From: Azolla caroliniana
Taxonomy: Eukaryota > Plantae > Polypodiophyta
Assembly: GCA_043228905.1 (NCBI GenBank)
Contig: JBHGNT010000020.1
Span: forward strand, 8,060,001 to 8,124,000
Reading direction: 5' to 3'
DNA length: 64,000 bases
In this document: piece after piece, positions 1 to 14,140 of the stretch
Layout of the letters: every line of letters begins with the position of its first letter
How positions within the stretch are numbered: the first letter of the stretch is position 1
Program-made: the position numbers and the translations under genes
The notes under the pieces: model-generated
What the model was told of the DNA's origin: nothing
Seen by the model: only the letters and a program-made list of their open reading frames with translations
The model's database searches: none

Positions 1-2100
1 AATTTGACTCCGGAAATGATAAAGGCAAATCTTCGGGAACAAAGTCTGAGTCGGCCAAGAGGGCCCTCAAATCAACTAACGAGAAGTTACGCCGATCAAC
101 CTGCCAAAAGAACCCCGTCAAGAGGTACAAATATAATGAATACATGGCACATCATTATGCATACATGATGAAGGTGGCGGTAGTGCGTGAGTCGAAGAGC
201 TATGCAGAAGCAACGAAAGACGCGAATTGGCGTGCCGCAATGGAGGAAGAAATGCAGGCACTAGATGCCAACGACACATGGGACCTAGTTTACCCTCCCC
301 GACATTGCAAACTGATCGGTTGCAAGTGGGTGTACAAACTCATGTACAACGTTGACGGTTCGGTCAACCGGTACAAGGCCCTGTTAGTGGCAAAGGGATA
401 CGTGCAGACCCACGGAATCGACTATGACAAGACCTTCACTCCGGTAGCGAAGATGACGAAGGTTCGTGTGGTATTGGCGGTTGGTGCGACAAGGGGGTGG
501 CATCTTCACCAAATGGACGTGAAGAATGCATTTCTTCAAGGTGATCTTGAAGAACGGATGATCCAACCTCTCGGTTTTCAGTTGGAGATGAACAAGTCGA
601 CGGTGTGCCGGCTTAAGAAGTCGCTTTATGGTCTGAAACAATCCCCCCGAGCTTGGAATGCGAAGATCACGCACCGGTTGCGTAAGATGGGGTTTGTGAC
701 CTCTAAATCTGACTCATCGTTGTTCATCCGGCAAGGTCCGGACGGTCCGGTTTGCATCTTACTTTATGTAGATGATATAGTCATCACCGGACCCGGACTC
801 AGTGAAATCGGTCGTGTTAAGGCCTAGTTGTCGGACGCATTTGAGATGAAGGACCTGGGGGATCTTCATTATTTGTTACTCTTAGGGCCGGACAATGGCG
901 TAACACAGGGTGTCTACGGAAGACACTTCACCAAAGGGTGTTACGGCAACCGGATTAGACTCAACGCTTAATCCGACTTAATTAAGTTACTTAACATGAT
1001 CGTCTTTCCTAATCACACGCGTAAGATATAACAATTAAGGCAGAACGGCAATTAACACAGAGAGATAACAACGCTAAGCTTTTATTAATTAACCGCTATT
1101 CATTACATTGTATCCGGGCCTTTAAATAGGTTTCCGGTCTATATTACAAAACGGTGCCATCCGCACCTGTTCGGGATCGGTCCGGATCCGGAACGGCATA
1201 CCGATTCCGGTCCGTCTGTCCACACTCATAGCTTAATTACAACCACATTCCTACTACTTAAATAACTCTCTGTTTCCCACTCTGGACTCCTTTGTCGGCC
1301 GGTAACATTATTTTCTTCAGATCGAGGTGATCCGAACCCCTGATGGAATATTGCTCTCACAAAGACACTAGGTGCCGAATATGTTGTACAAGTTTGGCAT
1401 GAAGGAATGTCGACCGATCTCCACACCCCTGGATCGGAACCTAAAGCTACATCCCGACTCCGGACCGGCCTGCGATGAGAAATGGTTCTGATAGATAGTC
1501 AGAAGCCTGCTATACTTGACAATCACCCAACCGGACATCAGTTATCCGGTCGGTGTGATCAGCCAATTCATGCAGAAGCCAACCGTGGAGCACCTTCAGT
1601 GCATGCATCGAATATTGCGGTATGTGAGCGGTACAAAGGACCGGGAACTGTTATATCGGCATGGTATAACTGAAGAGCTAGTCGGATACACAAATGCCGA
1701 CTGGGCTAGTGATGCATCGGATCGTCGATCCACCTCCGGGTACATGTTTTCTCTTGGTAGCGCAGTTGTTGCATGGAGCAACAAAAAGCAGCTAACAGTG
1801 GCTCTGTCGAGCACTGAGGTTGAGTATTGGGGCGCTACCATTGCCACCTGCGAAGCCATCTGGCTTCGGAGACTGTTGCGTGACCTCCAGATCGAGGTGC
1901 CGACCCCAATCCCGATCCACAGTGACAACATGAGCAGCATACATCTCACCAAGAACCTAGTGTTCCATGCTCGAACAAAGCACATAGAAGTGCATTATCA
2001 CTTTGTTCGTGAGCAGATCTTGAGCGGTGAAGTTGAACTTCAGTATGTTCACACGGGCCGCTCGGGTCGGGCAAGTTGTAGCATTTTTCGGAGATGCTCG
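1..2100 (+). mobile_element. Decayed Ty1/Copia internal region (RT + RNase H), copy 1, split by a solo LTR
   Basis: ORFs 144-827 ([31 protein letters not shown]) and 1516-2202 (ADWA, RRSTSGY, ARTKHIEVHYHF) carry Copia RT/RNase H motifs, with stops and frameshifts. Confidence 0.93.
874..1307. mobile_element. Solo LTR (434 bp) inserted in Copia RT
   Basis: Termini TGTTAC...GTAACA; 5-bp TSD TTATT at 869-873 and 1308-1312; removal rejoins the RT segment DLGDLHY-F...IEV. Confidence 0.9.
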
Positions 2101-2117
2101 ACATTTTTCGGGCCAGC

Positions 2118-4590
2118 CTTTGTGAGGCCTGCCAACTCGGGAAGCAACATCAACTTCCCTTCCCCACTGAAAGAAATCAGAACCGTAACAAGCTTGATCT
2201 AATACATTTGGATGTATGGAGACCGGCACAAAACGTTAGTCTTGGCGGGAGCCGATATTTCGTCTCCTTCATCGACGACTACAATTGGCATACGTGGATC
2301 TACCTCATCGAAAAGAAAAGTGAAGTTTTCGATTGTTTCCGAAACTTGCAAAGTTTAGTCGAACGGGAAACGGATAGGAAGATCAAGTGCCTACGGTCGA
2401 ATGGCGGAAAAGAATATTTTTCCGGCCAATTCAACAGTCATCTGCAACAGAAAGGATTTCGGAGAGAATTTAGCTACAGGTACACACTGGAACAAAACGG
2501 TTTGGCTGAGAGGAAGAACTGGTCAATTGTTGATGCAACAAGGGCAATGCTTGAGGAGAAAAGCATGCCCAAATTCTACTGGGTTGAGGCGATTAGGACG
2601 GTCGTTTACATCCAAAACCGGATCGGGGAGAAGGTGTCACCACACGAGTTGTATTTCGGGCAGAAGCCGAATTTAAGGCACCTTCGAATATTCGGTAGCA
2701 TAGCATATGTGCATGTACCGGATGAGAAGCGGAGAAAGTTGGACCCAAAGTCGGAGAAGGGCATCCTAGTCGGCTACTCACATGAACAAAAGGGTTATAA
2801 GTGTTATAACCCTCGAACAAAACAAGTTCGAGTAAGCTGAGATGTCGAATTTGATGAGTCGCCATCATGGTACTCTCTACCGACTCTGTTTTTCGACTCT
2901 GACCCAATTCCAGAGGATGAGGCCAGTGAGCCCAAACCAGTCCAGGCAGAAGATGAAGAGGGGTTCAACACTCTAGATGAGAGTCCGATCTCGTTCTGGT
3001 TGAGTGGGCCAAACGAGCGACTAAGTCGGAATGACAAGTCAGATGAAGAGTTAGCGAGCAATGGAGACTCAGTCGTGCTCTCCTCGTGTAAGGAACCAAG
3101 GAGACGGTTCACACGCAAGGAAAAGGGAAGAAGAAGATGTCGGAGTACGACACTGGCAAAGATGAATCAGATCAGAGTGAATCCAAATCCGGAAAGAACG
3201 AAGACGGACCTTTGGGAACAAAGTCCGAGTCGGCCAAGAGGGCCCTCAAATAAGCTAACGAGAAGTTACACTGATCAACCTACCAAAAGAACCCCGTCAA
3301 GAGGTACAGATATAATGAATGCAGGGCACATCATTATGCATACATGAGGAAGGTGGCGGCAGTGCGTGAGCCGGAGAGCTACGCAAAAGCGGTGAAATAT
3401 GCGAATTGGCGTGCCGCAATGGAGGGAGAAATGCGGGCACTAGATGCCAACGACACATGGACCTGGTTGACCCTCCCTGACATTGCAAAGTGATCGTTTG
3501 CAAGTGGGTGTACAAAGTCAAGTACAACGCTAATGGTTCGGTCAACCGGTACAAGGCCCGGTTAGTGGCGAAGGGATACACGCAGACCCACAGAATCGAC
3601 TACGATGAAACCTTCACTCCAGTAGCGAAGATGACAATGGTCCGTGTGGTGCTTGCGGTTGTTATGGCAAGGGGGTGGCATCTTCATCAGATGGATGTGA
3701 AGAATGCGTTTCTTCAAGGTGATCTTGAAGATCAGGTCTATATGATCCAACCCCCCGGATCTTAGTAAGAGATGAACAAGTCAGTAGTGTGTCGACTCAA
3801 GAAGTCGCTTTATAGTTTGAAGCAAGCCCCCGAGCTTGGAATGCGAAAATCACGGACCAGTTGCGTAAGATGGGTTTTGCGACCTCAAAATTTGACTCTT
3901 CACTGTTCATCCAAAAATGTTCGGTCTGCATTTTGCTATACATGGATGATCTTGTGATCACTGGACCCGACCTCGATGAAATTGGCCGAGCGAAGTCCCA
4001 ACTGTCGGATGCATTTGAAATGAAGGACCTAGGGGACCTTCATTATTTTCTAGGGATTGAGGTGATCCATACCCCTGACGGCATATTGCTCTCACGACGA
4101 CATTATGTGTTGAATATGTTGTACAAGTTCGGCATGCCGGATTATCGACCGATCTCCACACCCCTAGACCCGAACCTGAAGCTATGTCTTGACTCCGGCT
4201 CGGCTTGCAACAAGAAACGGTTCCAAAAGATTGTCGGAAGTCATATCTACTTAACTATCACCCGACCCAACATCAGTTATCCGGTCGTAGTGATTAGCCA
4301 ATTCATGCAGAAGCCAACCGTGGAGCACCTTTAGTGCGCACACCGGATACTTCGATATATTAGTGGCACTAAGGATAAGGGTTTGTTATACCGACACGGT
4401 ACAACGGAAAAGCTAGTCGGATATACATATGCCAACTTGGCTAGTGATGCATCGGATCGCTGGTCCATCGTCGGATACATGTTTTCTCTTGGTAGTGTGG
4501 CTATTGCATGGAGCAGCAAAAAGCAACCAACTATAGCTCTATCGAGCATGGAAGTTGAGTATCGACACGCCACCATTGCCACCTGTGAAG
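2118..4590 (+). mobile_element. Decayed Ty1/Copia integrase-RT-RNase H, copy 2 (same family as copy 1)
   Basis: Integrase (CEACQLGKQH, SFIDD, QNGLAERKN, KLDPKS) at 2118-2840; RT/RNase H fragments at 3330-4590; 3181-3760 closely parallels 1-560. Confidence 0.93.
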
Positions 4591-4596
4591 CACGTG

Positions 4597-4913
4597 TGTA
4601 TCGGTAGGCCGTTTAGAGGTCTACGCTTCTAGACTACTATGTAGTCATGGTCCTCGTAGTTACTGTCAACTGCTCGTATGAGCATTGAAGTACATGTACT
4701 TCTGTCAGTCCCTTGTGGACTTGTATAAAGAGTGCTCACTGAGCACATCCTATGTACAGAGTCTTATTTTTTTAATATAGTTTATGCTATTTTGCTCTCT
4801 TTGTATCTCCCGCTCTCTATCTGTGTCTTGTAAGGTTTCCACTAAACCTGTATTCTCTCTGTTGCTATCTGGATAAACCGATCTGTCATAAGCTTCCGCA
4901 TATTAACTTTACA
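4597..4913 (+). mobile_element. Partial 3' LTR of the Copia family also seen at 45060, 47572, 58146 and 60373
   Basis: Shares ggtaggcc...gagcattgaagtac...gacttgtataaa.agtgctcactga...agcttccgca...tttACA with those LTRs; fused directly to truncated RNase H. Confidence 0.8.
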
Positions 4914-5330
4914 CTAACCATACTCCGACCACAAGACCTTGAGTCGGATACCAAAGGACGAGTATCTAACACCGTGTTACCTTAGGCCGGTAACAACTTG
5001 GTCTATAAACCACAATTAAGAGAACACCTCCTTGTATTCTGTTGCCTGTGATAGCCTTATTTTCTCCTGTTGTTCTTTGTGATTGACTCTATTCAGTTCC
5101 GTTGGTGTTGCACGGGTTGATGGCCAAAGAGCCGAAAGCAAGGAGGTCGTACCGGCTGCTGCCGAAAAGCTCATAGTAGATGTGGTCCAAAAGGTCGATA
5201 GTGAGGAAGGAACCTCAGCTGACCGAGGACAGATCCAACCGGAAGGTGCAAGCTCACTCGATTTCCTAGTCCCTAGTTCGAGACCCCCGTGGTCCCACCT
5301 AGCTTACCTATAGACACGGATTTCTACAAC
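4914..5330. mobile_element. Unclassified LTR-retrotransposon remnant
   Basis: gtgttac...ggccggtaACA at 4974-4995 resembles the terminus of the 874-1307 LTR and is followed by acttgg; no recognisable protein. Confidence 0.35.
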
Positions 5331-6120
5331 AATGTGGTTAGTTAATAACAAATCTCAAAGGTTGTTAGAGTTTGAAGATGCCAAATGATATTTATGTATT
5401 CCTCCAAAATATGGATTTATTTTGGAGAAATTACCAGATATATCATAGTTGCATGTATCTTTTCCAATGGAAACAAATGTTTCGCCTTGGGTGGATTAAC
5501 AATTAAAGGATGATACACGCTTGTTACAAGTCAATACAAATATATTGTATCATCATTCAATGGTATTATTAATTTATCTTGGCTATCACCTAAATCAGAA
5601 AAGGTGTGGAATGTCTATAAGTCAAATGCAATGTCATGGAAAATATTGCAACATGGTTGACATTCATATGGAGAGCCATGATTGTTGGCTTCCATTAGGT
5701 TCAACCTTAAGGAGACAAGACTAGGGTTTGGTACATGCTTCTTTTGCATTATTCCATTTGAGAACAATACATATAGGTTCGTTAAATGTCCTACGACACA
5801 TATCATCTGTAAGTACTTATCGGATATTTGGCAAGGTTTTAACCCATTGTTATTTAAGGCTTTAACAATGGGGTTTTTCGCATAATGTTCAAAATGGTCC
5901 AAATTATGAGTTGGATATATTCTTCCAAATTTTAGAATATTGGGGACTAGAACACAATTGGAATATGTGTAATGCTTTCATGTTTGATGGTAGACATGGG
6001 GTGAAAGCATACATGAAGAAGTTGAGCGACATTCTTATGTGAGATTTCTGGATGTTAGAGAGCATGTGGGAATAAATTCCTTGAGTGCATAATATTCAGG
6101 TTTTTTAATGGCTTTTACAA
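5331..6120 (+). mobile_element. Decayed L1-like LINE ORF2 3' end (zinc-finger region after RT)
   Basis: Homologous to 41150-41880 (LPLG...G.CFFC; tattgggg.cta...caattggaatatg.g.aatgc.ttcat); many stops. Confidence 0.7.
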
Positions 6121-6213
6121 GATCCTCCATAGGTAGGTAAGTAGGTAGAGGGGACAAAGAAGTTGTAACAAGTTGTCTTGTTTCTGCATTAACGGTCTCA
6201 GACTCCACACATA

Positions 6214-6860
6214 TGGTATCAGAGCTTGGTTTATATTCTACTGTCGGTCGTCACCTGTTTTCAACAATATTCTTGCTCCTATCTTCTCGAAGTCCATGAG
6301 TTCAACAATCATCAAGAGAAGAGAAGAAAGACAATAGTTGGTATGCACTCCACCGGGCTAGATCATGTCCCAAGTAGGCTAGTAGGCCATACCTCGTTCC
6401 TGTGATCGTAGCCACTCGGAGTGGAACCTACTTCAAACAAGTCTCATTTGTGCCTCATCTGGTTAAGCAACATTTAGACAGGCTAGTTGGTGTTGCCCAC
6501 TTAATTGTTGTAACCAATCGAAGTAGAATAGACTTTAGATCTAACATCATTTGTGCTCCATTCGGCTAGAAGAGATTTAGGATGACCAATTGGGTTTATC
6601 CCTTCCTTTATTGTAGCCACTCGGAGCAGGATCATCATTGAAAACGACACAATAACACTGTGATTGGCATTTTGATCAGTCCAATATGTGCCTAACTCGG
6701 CTAGACAACATTCGGGAATATTAGTTGATTTTGTCCCTCTAATTGTTGTAGCCACTTCAAGTAGGATTGGCGATCAAATCAAATCGACACGATTCGTGCT
6801 CAATTCGGTTAGGCATCAAAACAGAGAGACCAGTTGGCTCTACTACACACTTGGTCGTAA
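6214..6860 (+). mobile_element. tRNA-iMet PBS followed by non-coding leader with diverged repeats (LTR-element remnant)
   Basis: TGGTATCAGAGC at 6214-6225; motif gtagccact(cggag) recurs near 6408, 6614 and 6748. Confidence 0.5.
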
Positions 6861-7249
6861 CTCTCTCACTCTCTCTGTACACTGTTACGCTCTCACAATC
6901 ACAACAACGATAATAACAACTACACACTAAGTTTTTTTGCCCTAAGTCATATTTATACTAAAATGACTTTTCGGCTATTTACAAATATAGCCCCGATGGA
7001 CTCTCAGAAACATATTTACGAATATGTCCCTTCATCGGTGAGCACTCTTCATCGGGCCTGCATCATCCGACGCTTGCCGGGCACTCGTCATCCGGTTCTC
7101 ACCGGGTCTTCCGTTGCCGGGTACTCCACATCTGGTTCTCACCGGGTCTTTCGTTGCTGGGTACTCCACATCCGGTTCCGGCCTCGGCCGAGTTTGCTCA
7201 TCAACACTGTTCTCCTCACTTCCCATCCGGAGGGACTTGTTTCCTAACA
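6860..7249 (-). mobile_element. Truncated LTR related to the Tnt1-like Copia LTRs (21525, 32812, 37736)
   Basis: Shares ccctaagtcatatttatacta...cggctatttacaaat...catatttacgaatatgtc, CCGG repeats and the end cccatccggagggac.tgtttcctaACA. Confidence 0.85.
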
Positions 7250-7440
7250 ATACATATGTGTATGTGTATGTGTAAGTGTGTGCATGTATGGTGTATGTGC
7301 TATACATGTGTACATTGTATACGGTATATGTATGCATGTATATGATGTGTTATGCATGTATGTTGTATGTGTATGTGTGTGCATGTATGTATGTATGTGT
7401 ATGTGTACATATTATGCATGTATGTGATATGTGGTGTTGT
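7250..7440. repeat. (TG/TA)-rich low-complexity microsatellite tract
   Basis: Imperfect tatgtg/tgta repeats. Confidence 0.85.
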
Positions 7441-7691
7441 GAAATTTTGCTTTGAAGTGAAAGCAAAACCCTTAACAAAATTTTATACAACTTCACAAAC
7501 TTATTTCCTTCTTTTATTAATTTTCCCTCCTCATTTCCTCGCTCTCTCTGCATTTCTTCGTCTGCTCCGCTCCGTCTTTGTCTCTTCTTGAAACAGACAG
7601 ACATCAATCAGTGTCCCCAAGTTCCTTATTCTGTGCAGAAGAAGCAAGAAGAAGCAGAAGAAGCAAGAAGCAGAAAGAAATCTAGAAAGTC

Positions 7692-10600
7692 ATGTCGATC
7701 CAAGCTCTGGACATCCGTGGCGAGCGACAGACGGGCCAAGACGTGAGGACTCAGAACGGTTAGTCTTTCATCAATCCCTCCCGTTCATTCCTCATTTGAT
7801 TCTTTCTTTCTTTCTCACTTTCTGTATTTGATTCTATCTCTCTCTCTCTCTCTCTCTCCGTGTTTCCCTGTCTTTCTGTTCCCCCCCTTCCTTGTTTCGA
7901 TTTTTCATTCTTTGTGGATTGCTTTCTCGCTTGCATCATTCATTCATTCTTGCTTTCTAACAATGTTTGTTTCTTGACTCGTTTGTTTATTCGTTCATCG
8001 CTTTTGCTTTCATTATGTTCTATCTTCTACTCTCTCTCGTCCTTTGTTTGCTTTCTTTTCCTCACGCGTGACTAAAAAAAGCCGTTCCTTCATCTTTGCA
8101 GTGATGGCATGCCAAGCACTTTCCAATATCGTCAAAACTTCACTTGGACCCGTTGGCCTCGACAAGGTAAAAATCTCAGTTGGAAACAGCTCTCCTCAGA
8201 TCCAAATGTTTTAAATAGATTCGTATAGATCAGAATTAGTATCTTAAGTTTTGCTTTCGTTTTATTTCTATTATTGAGGCAATTTTGGTAGAAATATTCT
8301 CCAACTGCTTTCAATTTGGATCAAACCAATATGATTTAGTACTAGTCAGGGCACACCATCAAATGTTGTACTGCTACAGTGAATTCTATTGAGGTTACAT
8401 TTCTCACAAAGCTTCACTTGAGATCAGAATGTGCCACATTATCTTGATTAGTAAGGGCGTTTTGAATATGTTTCCTTCTTATCATGATTTTATTACTACA
8501 AGATGTCTTGTACTTCCTACTTCCACTTGAATCTTTATGGCGAAAATCTCTTGCAAGTTTTCACTTGAGATCCAAATGGAAGAACACATAATCTGGATCA
8601 TAAAAGCCAGCTCCAGGATTTTCTTCTTTTATTTTTCTTATTATTGCAATTTTGTTACTGTGATATTTCTGTCTTCACAACTTAAATTCTACATGCATTT
8701 CTTAAAAAGTTTAAACTTCTTCCAGTTCTCAGTATAGATTACATTGTAAACCACATAATCTGGGCTAGAAAGAGCAGCTCAAAAGTTTCGTCTTTATCTT
8801 ATTGCTATCACGAATTTGTACATGGTGTACTGAATTCTCATCACAAACGGTCCATGTATGAAACTATGACAAGAGAAGGTCATTTCATCACTTCTAGATG
8901 TATGGCATGGTCTGGATAAGAATGGTAAGCTTGAATTCTGTTTTTTAAGTTTGATCAATAATTACCTTATATTGAGATTTAGTGTATCGAGGTCATTTAT
9001 CTCATCTCAAAAGTGCGAATGAAGTTTTGCATGAGACACTGGGCCTTAAATTGCACAAAGATTTACGTCAGATAAGAAATGCATGACATAATTTGGGATT
9101 TTTAGGGTTTTTCAAGTTCTGGTAACTCAAAACATTTTTTTTCTCTGTGTCTGTCCCAGTTGATGGGCAGTACCATCATGTTCATGTAATGGATATCAAG
9201 CTCAAAACTTTTATTAATCTTGTCTTGCCACTGACTGGAAATGAATGCTGTTGTAGATGCTTGTAGATGATATAGGTGATGTCACAGTAACAAATGATGG
9301 AGCTACAATCTTAAAGATGCTTGAAGTGGAGCATCCTGCGGCGAAGGTAGTACAACTTCTCATCATCTGATTAGGTATCTATTACCAAGATCTTATTCTG
9401 GCACTCTTCTATAGGTTCTTGTGGAACTAGCTGAATTACAGGATCGGGAAGTTGGAGATGGAACCACATCTGTTGTGATAATAGCAGCAGAGTTATTGAA
9501 GGTTATTCAGTAATATTGATGCCCCCAAGTCTGGATTTTCTACATAATAGATCATTCTCATATTAGTATTTTTGCAGAGAGCCAACGCACTTGTTCAAAA
9601 TAAAATACATCCAACATCGATCATCAGTGGATATAGAGTAAGTATTTTAAGTTAACCATTGTAAATAATGGTTATAATAGGATCCTGATAACTGAAATAG
9701 AACCTTGACACATGGTATGTGTGTGTATTAGAAAGTTATACTCATAAAACCAAACTGCGAGAAACTGACTTACTAAGATTCACTGTGATTGGTATCTGAT
9801 TTCTGAAATTCTCTTTTTTCTTTTCCTTCTCAGCTTGCAATGCGAGAGGCCTGCAAGTATATAGAAGAGAAGCTTTCAATCAAGGTAATTGTGCTGTTTT
9901 GCTAATGATGTAAGCAATTATTTTTGTATGCAATTCTCATTAAATGAAAAGGGATTTGCAGGTGGATAAGCTTGGAAAAGAAACTCTAATTAACTGTGCT
10001 AAAACAAGCATGTCTTCAAAAATTATTGGTACTGAAAGCGACTTCTTTTCTAAAATGGTAATTTTCCCTAAGCATTCCCGTGCACACACATGCTTCTGTA
10101 TTTTTAGGGTGTATTATTATTCTTAACAAACTAACCTGCAATGGCAGGTTGTAGATGCAGTTCAAGCAGTTAAAACTGTGAATGAAAAGGGAGAACTAAA
10201 GTATCCTATCAAGGTATGAGACATTTCTAATATCTTTTGACTGTATTATTGCTTTTCTTTTCACTCAATTTGGAACCTTCATTTGCAGGCAATCAACATA
10301 TTAAAAGCCCATGGCCAAAGTGTTCGGGATAGTTACCTTCTTAATGGCTATGCATTGAACACGGGAAGAGCTGCTCAAGGTATGCCCTTGCGTGTTTCCC
10401 CTGCCAGGATAGCATGTCTGGACATCAATCTACAGAAATCTAAGATGCAAATGGGTGTTCAAGTGCTTGTTTCGGACCCAAAAGAGCTGGAGAAGATCCG
10501 TGATAGGTATAAAATACACTAGGCAATTACGTACAACTCAATGTGAATAATATTTTTGTACAATAATGATCAAACTGTACTCATACGTTTCAGAAACTCA

Positions 10601-13600
10601 AAAAGGATGCTTGGTCATGTTTATAATGTCCTATATGTGCTCTGAATAGGGAATCTGACATTACAAAGGAAAGAATTGAGAAGATTTTGAAGGCTGGCGC
10701 CAATGTGATTCTTACAAGTAAAGGCATTGATGATATGTCCCTGAAGGTAATGCATTTGTCTTTTTTGTAAATTGCTAGCTAATATTGCTCATTCTAACCA
10801 ATTTCGGTGTGTGTCTGTGGAATCAGTACTTTGTAGAGGCTGGAGCAATAGCAGTACGTCGTGTTAGAAAGGAAGATCTACGTCACGTTGCAAAAGCTAC
10901 TGGTGCGACTCAGGTTAGTTGCAAACCATTGTTGTAACTGGTTTGACTTCTTGCATATCTTTGTGGAGAGGCATGCAAATTGCTTCAAAGTGCGATCTGT
11001 ACTTCATGAGATATCTGGAAAATTTGGCTACAGTGCATTGTGCAAATTTGGCACACAAAAAAATCTATACAATGGGGTTTGTAATGCTAGCAACATTTAG
11101 GTTCCAGGCGTTTCTTGGGTTTACTTCTAGTAATTGCAAAGACTAGTAACGAGATCTCTTTTTACACAAATTACTTGCAACTGCTACAGACATTGCGTAT
11201 TACTTTGGGTTCTTGATATGTATATATATGTTTGCTGTTTTTCTAAGAGAGTACTCTGCCCAAAGATTTTAGCTATATGTCACCATAGTTTGAAATCTCA
11301 GAATTAGACCCCAATAAAATCAATTAACTGAGAGAAAATGATAGATTTGCAAGCATTAGCTTTACTTGGGGAACGGTGGGGTACATCTTATTGTTGAGAT
11401 TGCATGTTTACAAAAAAGGACACCAATTGACCTCATGTAACACAGCCTATAAGTGCTATACTATCTATACTATCTATTTTCTATTAGTTTGGTTACCTTA
11501 ATCGAACTGCTATGTACTTGATGAGAAGAAAACTTGACTTATTGCTTTTTCCGTATAAAATGCTGATATAGCATTTCTGCTTGTTGAAGACTGAGATAAT
11601 TCTAGTTATTTGTTTTTTCCTCTATTATTTTTGTTTTTAATAAATGTATTTGTTATATGGATACACAGGTCTTAACTTTTGCGGATATGGAAGGAGGTGA
11701 ATCATTTGATCCCTCATCCCTGGGCACAGCAGATGAAGTTGTAGAAGAACGTGTAGCCGATGATGATGTCGTGATGATCAAAGGTGCAAAAAGCTCCAGA
11801 GCGGTAAGGTTCATGTTAACTGCTGAATGAGCTATTAATTTGGTAATATTAAAAAGGTTGCATATAATACTGTTACTTCTATTTTCTCTTCTCTGAATTA
11901 TTAGACTGATACAAGTTGCTGCCTGCTGAGAAACCTTAGGAAAAACTCCAAGATACCATTGAGTTTTTCTTTAGCTCCCCAATAAGACTCAGTTGATTCC
12001 CTCTTTGAAAATAATGCTCTATTCGGTGAATTAGATGACCCTTTCATCTTCTTTATATCTATTATCTGGGTACCATAGAGCTTTCCTTGTACTTTGGCAA
12101 AATTAGTATTTGCTATTATTATACACAGATTGTAGAGCATCCTCCTATTAAGTGATTTGGGCCAGTCAATGTATTTTGTATAGAATGTGCAGATGTACTA
12201 TTTTTTCAGGTCTAAAATTACCTGCACTATCAATTATGTCAGGAGTCCCTTATATAAATGGAAGTTAGAAATTGTTTTCAATGGCCATCACATTTTATAA
12301 CATTTATAATGAAGGTGGATACTATTCTAATGTGATAATGCAACTTCCATTTTGACTTAAACTTTTACTTTACTAGTGGTTAGTGAGTGTCTATTATTCT
12401 ACTTCCAGTTTATGTGATTCCAATACCAAAGCTTTGCATGGATTTGTTCAGATATTTATATTTGGGGTCATTGTTGTTTGAATACAGGTATCCATCGTCC
12501 TACGTGGTGCTAACGACTATTTGCTGGATGAGATGGAAAGGTCATTACATGATGCTCTTAGTATTGTTAAAAGGACATTAGAGTCAAATACGGTATGCTG
12601 GGTTTTAAATTCAATCCTTATTTACTGCATGACATTAGTATGAAAATTTAGTCTACGGTATTTGTATAATCTCAGGTTGTTGCCGGCGGTGGGGCAGTTG
12701 AGGCAGCATTGTCTGTATATTTAGAAAACTTGGCAACAACATTAGGATCTCGTGAGCAGCTTGCTATTGCTGAATTTGCTGAAGCACTTCTTATTATTCC
12801 CAGGGTAGGTTTAATGTAATCTCAGATTCTTGTATTTTTCAAAGAGTAAGACTCTTATTACCCTGTTTTCCGTTATTCCCCAAAATTGCACATATTTTTT
12901 CTTTATTTTCCAAAATCCCTCAAGTTCGTGCTATTTTCTCAAATTGTCTTGGTCAAGACTCAACCTTTCTTGAGAAAATATGTGCTAGTTTGTAGCAATT
13001 ATATTTTAAGTTCATTCCTTTTTTCTCTAGTTTGGGTGCTGATGAAGGGCATTTGTAGGAATAATGTAAACTTATGGAAACAAAGAAAACCTCAAAGTGT
13101 ACTTTCCATTTGTCAAATGATCAAAGTGCTTTCAATGCAGGTATTGGCAGTTAACGCAGCCAAAGATTCCATTGAGCTTGTAGCTAAGTTGAGAGCATAC
13201 CATCACAATGCTCAAACAAAAGCTGACAAGCAACATCTATCCGGGTATGTTTAATTTGGCAAAACACCAAAAGGCCCCTATCTTGTTGGGTATTTGTTAG
13301 AATACTCATAAATTTTCAGAAAGTACCACAAGATCCCTATGTTTCAAAACTTATGCTTATGCGTGTAAAACCCAACAAGCTATGGGTAGTTTGGTGTTTT
13401 ATGTAAATTGTTAATTAAAGTTGGAATTGATTTGGAATTCAATCTCATTTTGATGATAACTTGGCATTTATTTCTGTAATGTAACTCTCAGAATGCCTGG
13501 CTTGCAGGACTGGTCTTGATCTTGAGAAAGGCACAGTTAGGAATAATGTAGAGGCAGGAGTTCTGGAACCAGCAATGAGTAAAGTCAAGATTATTCAGGT

Positions 13601-14140
13601 ATAGTAAGGAAATGTATATTTATTTGCATGCTATTTGGGTAAATATAGGTGGTGGATATGAATTCTGATGTGTATTGAGTAATTTTTTGTATTTATGTAG
13701 TGGCACAATGTACATTGCACACAATGTCATGTCAAAAGTGGGCTAATTTGAGATGAAAGTTGTAGCAAGAACTTCTTAAATCAATATTGTGTCTTTAAAT
13801 AATGATACTGTGTATTGTTGCCTGGGATGTCATGTAAACGATGGTCTAAATTGATGCACAAAGTTATAAAGCCTAGACAAACCAACACAGTGGAGGACAT
13901 TGTATTTTTGTAACCATCATAGATTGTTGTGAATAGTTTTTATTTTGAAATGTTTCACATACTCACATTCCCACATTCCCACATTCTAGAATATCTATTT
14001 CTAAATTTCTTGATTGGACCTAAACCTTTTTTTTTTCATTCTTCTAGTTTGCAACTGAGGCAGCCATAACCATACTTCGCATTGATGATATGATCAAATT
14101 GGACAAGGAAAATAACGAGGACGACCAAGAGAGATGCTGA
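7692..14140 (+). CDS. CCT1: T-complex protein 1 subunit alpha (CCT-alpha chaperonin), 17 coding exons, 546 aa
   Basis: GT-AG exons 7692-7758, 8102-8166, 9257-9346, 9415-9501, 9578-9637, 9834-9884, 9962-10057, 10148-10213, 10289-10506, 10650-10746, 10827-10913, 11669-11803, 12488-12592, 12676-12804, 13141-13244, 13508-13598 and 14048-14140 join in frame (1641 nt). Protein [27 protein letters not shown]...[10 protein letters not shown]...TNDGATIL...GDGTTSVV...VVAGGGAVE...[14 protein letters not shown] has the group II chaperonin/TCP-1 alpha motifs. Confidence 0.97.

Noticed and set aside
14100-14140. CCT1 C-terminal Cys as a prenylation signal
   Set aside because: ...DQERC is not a CaaX, CC or CxC motif
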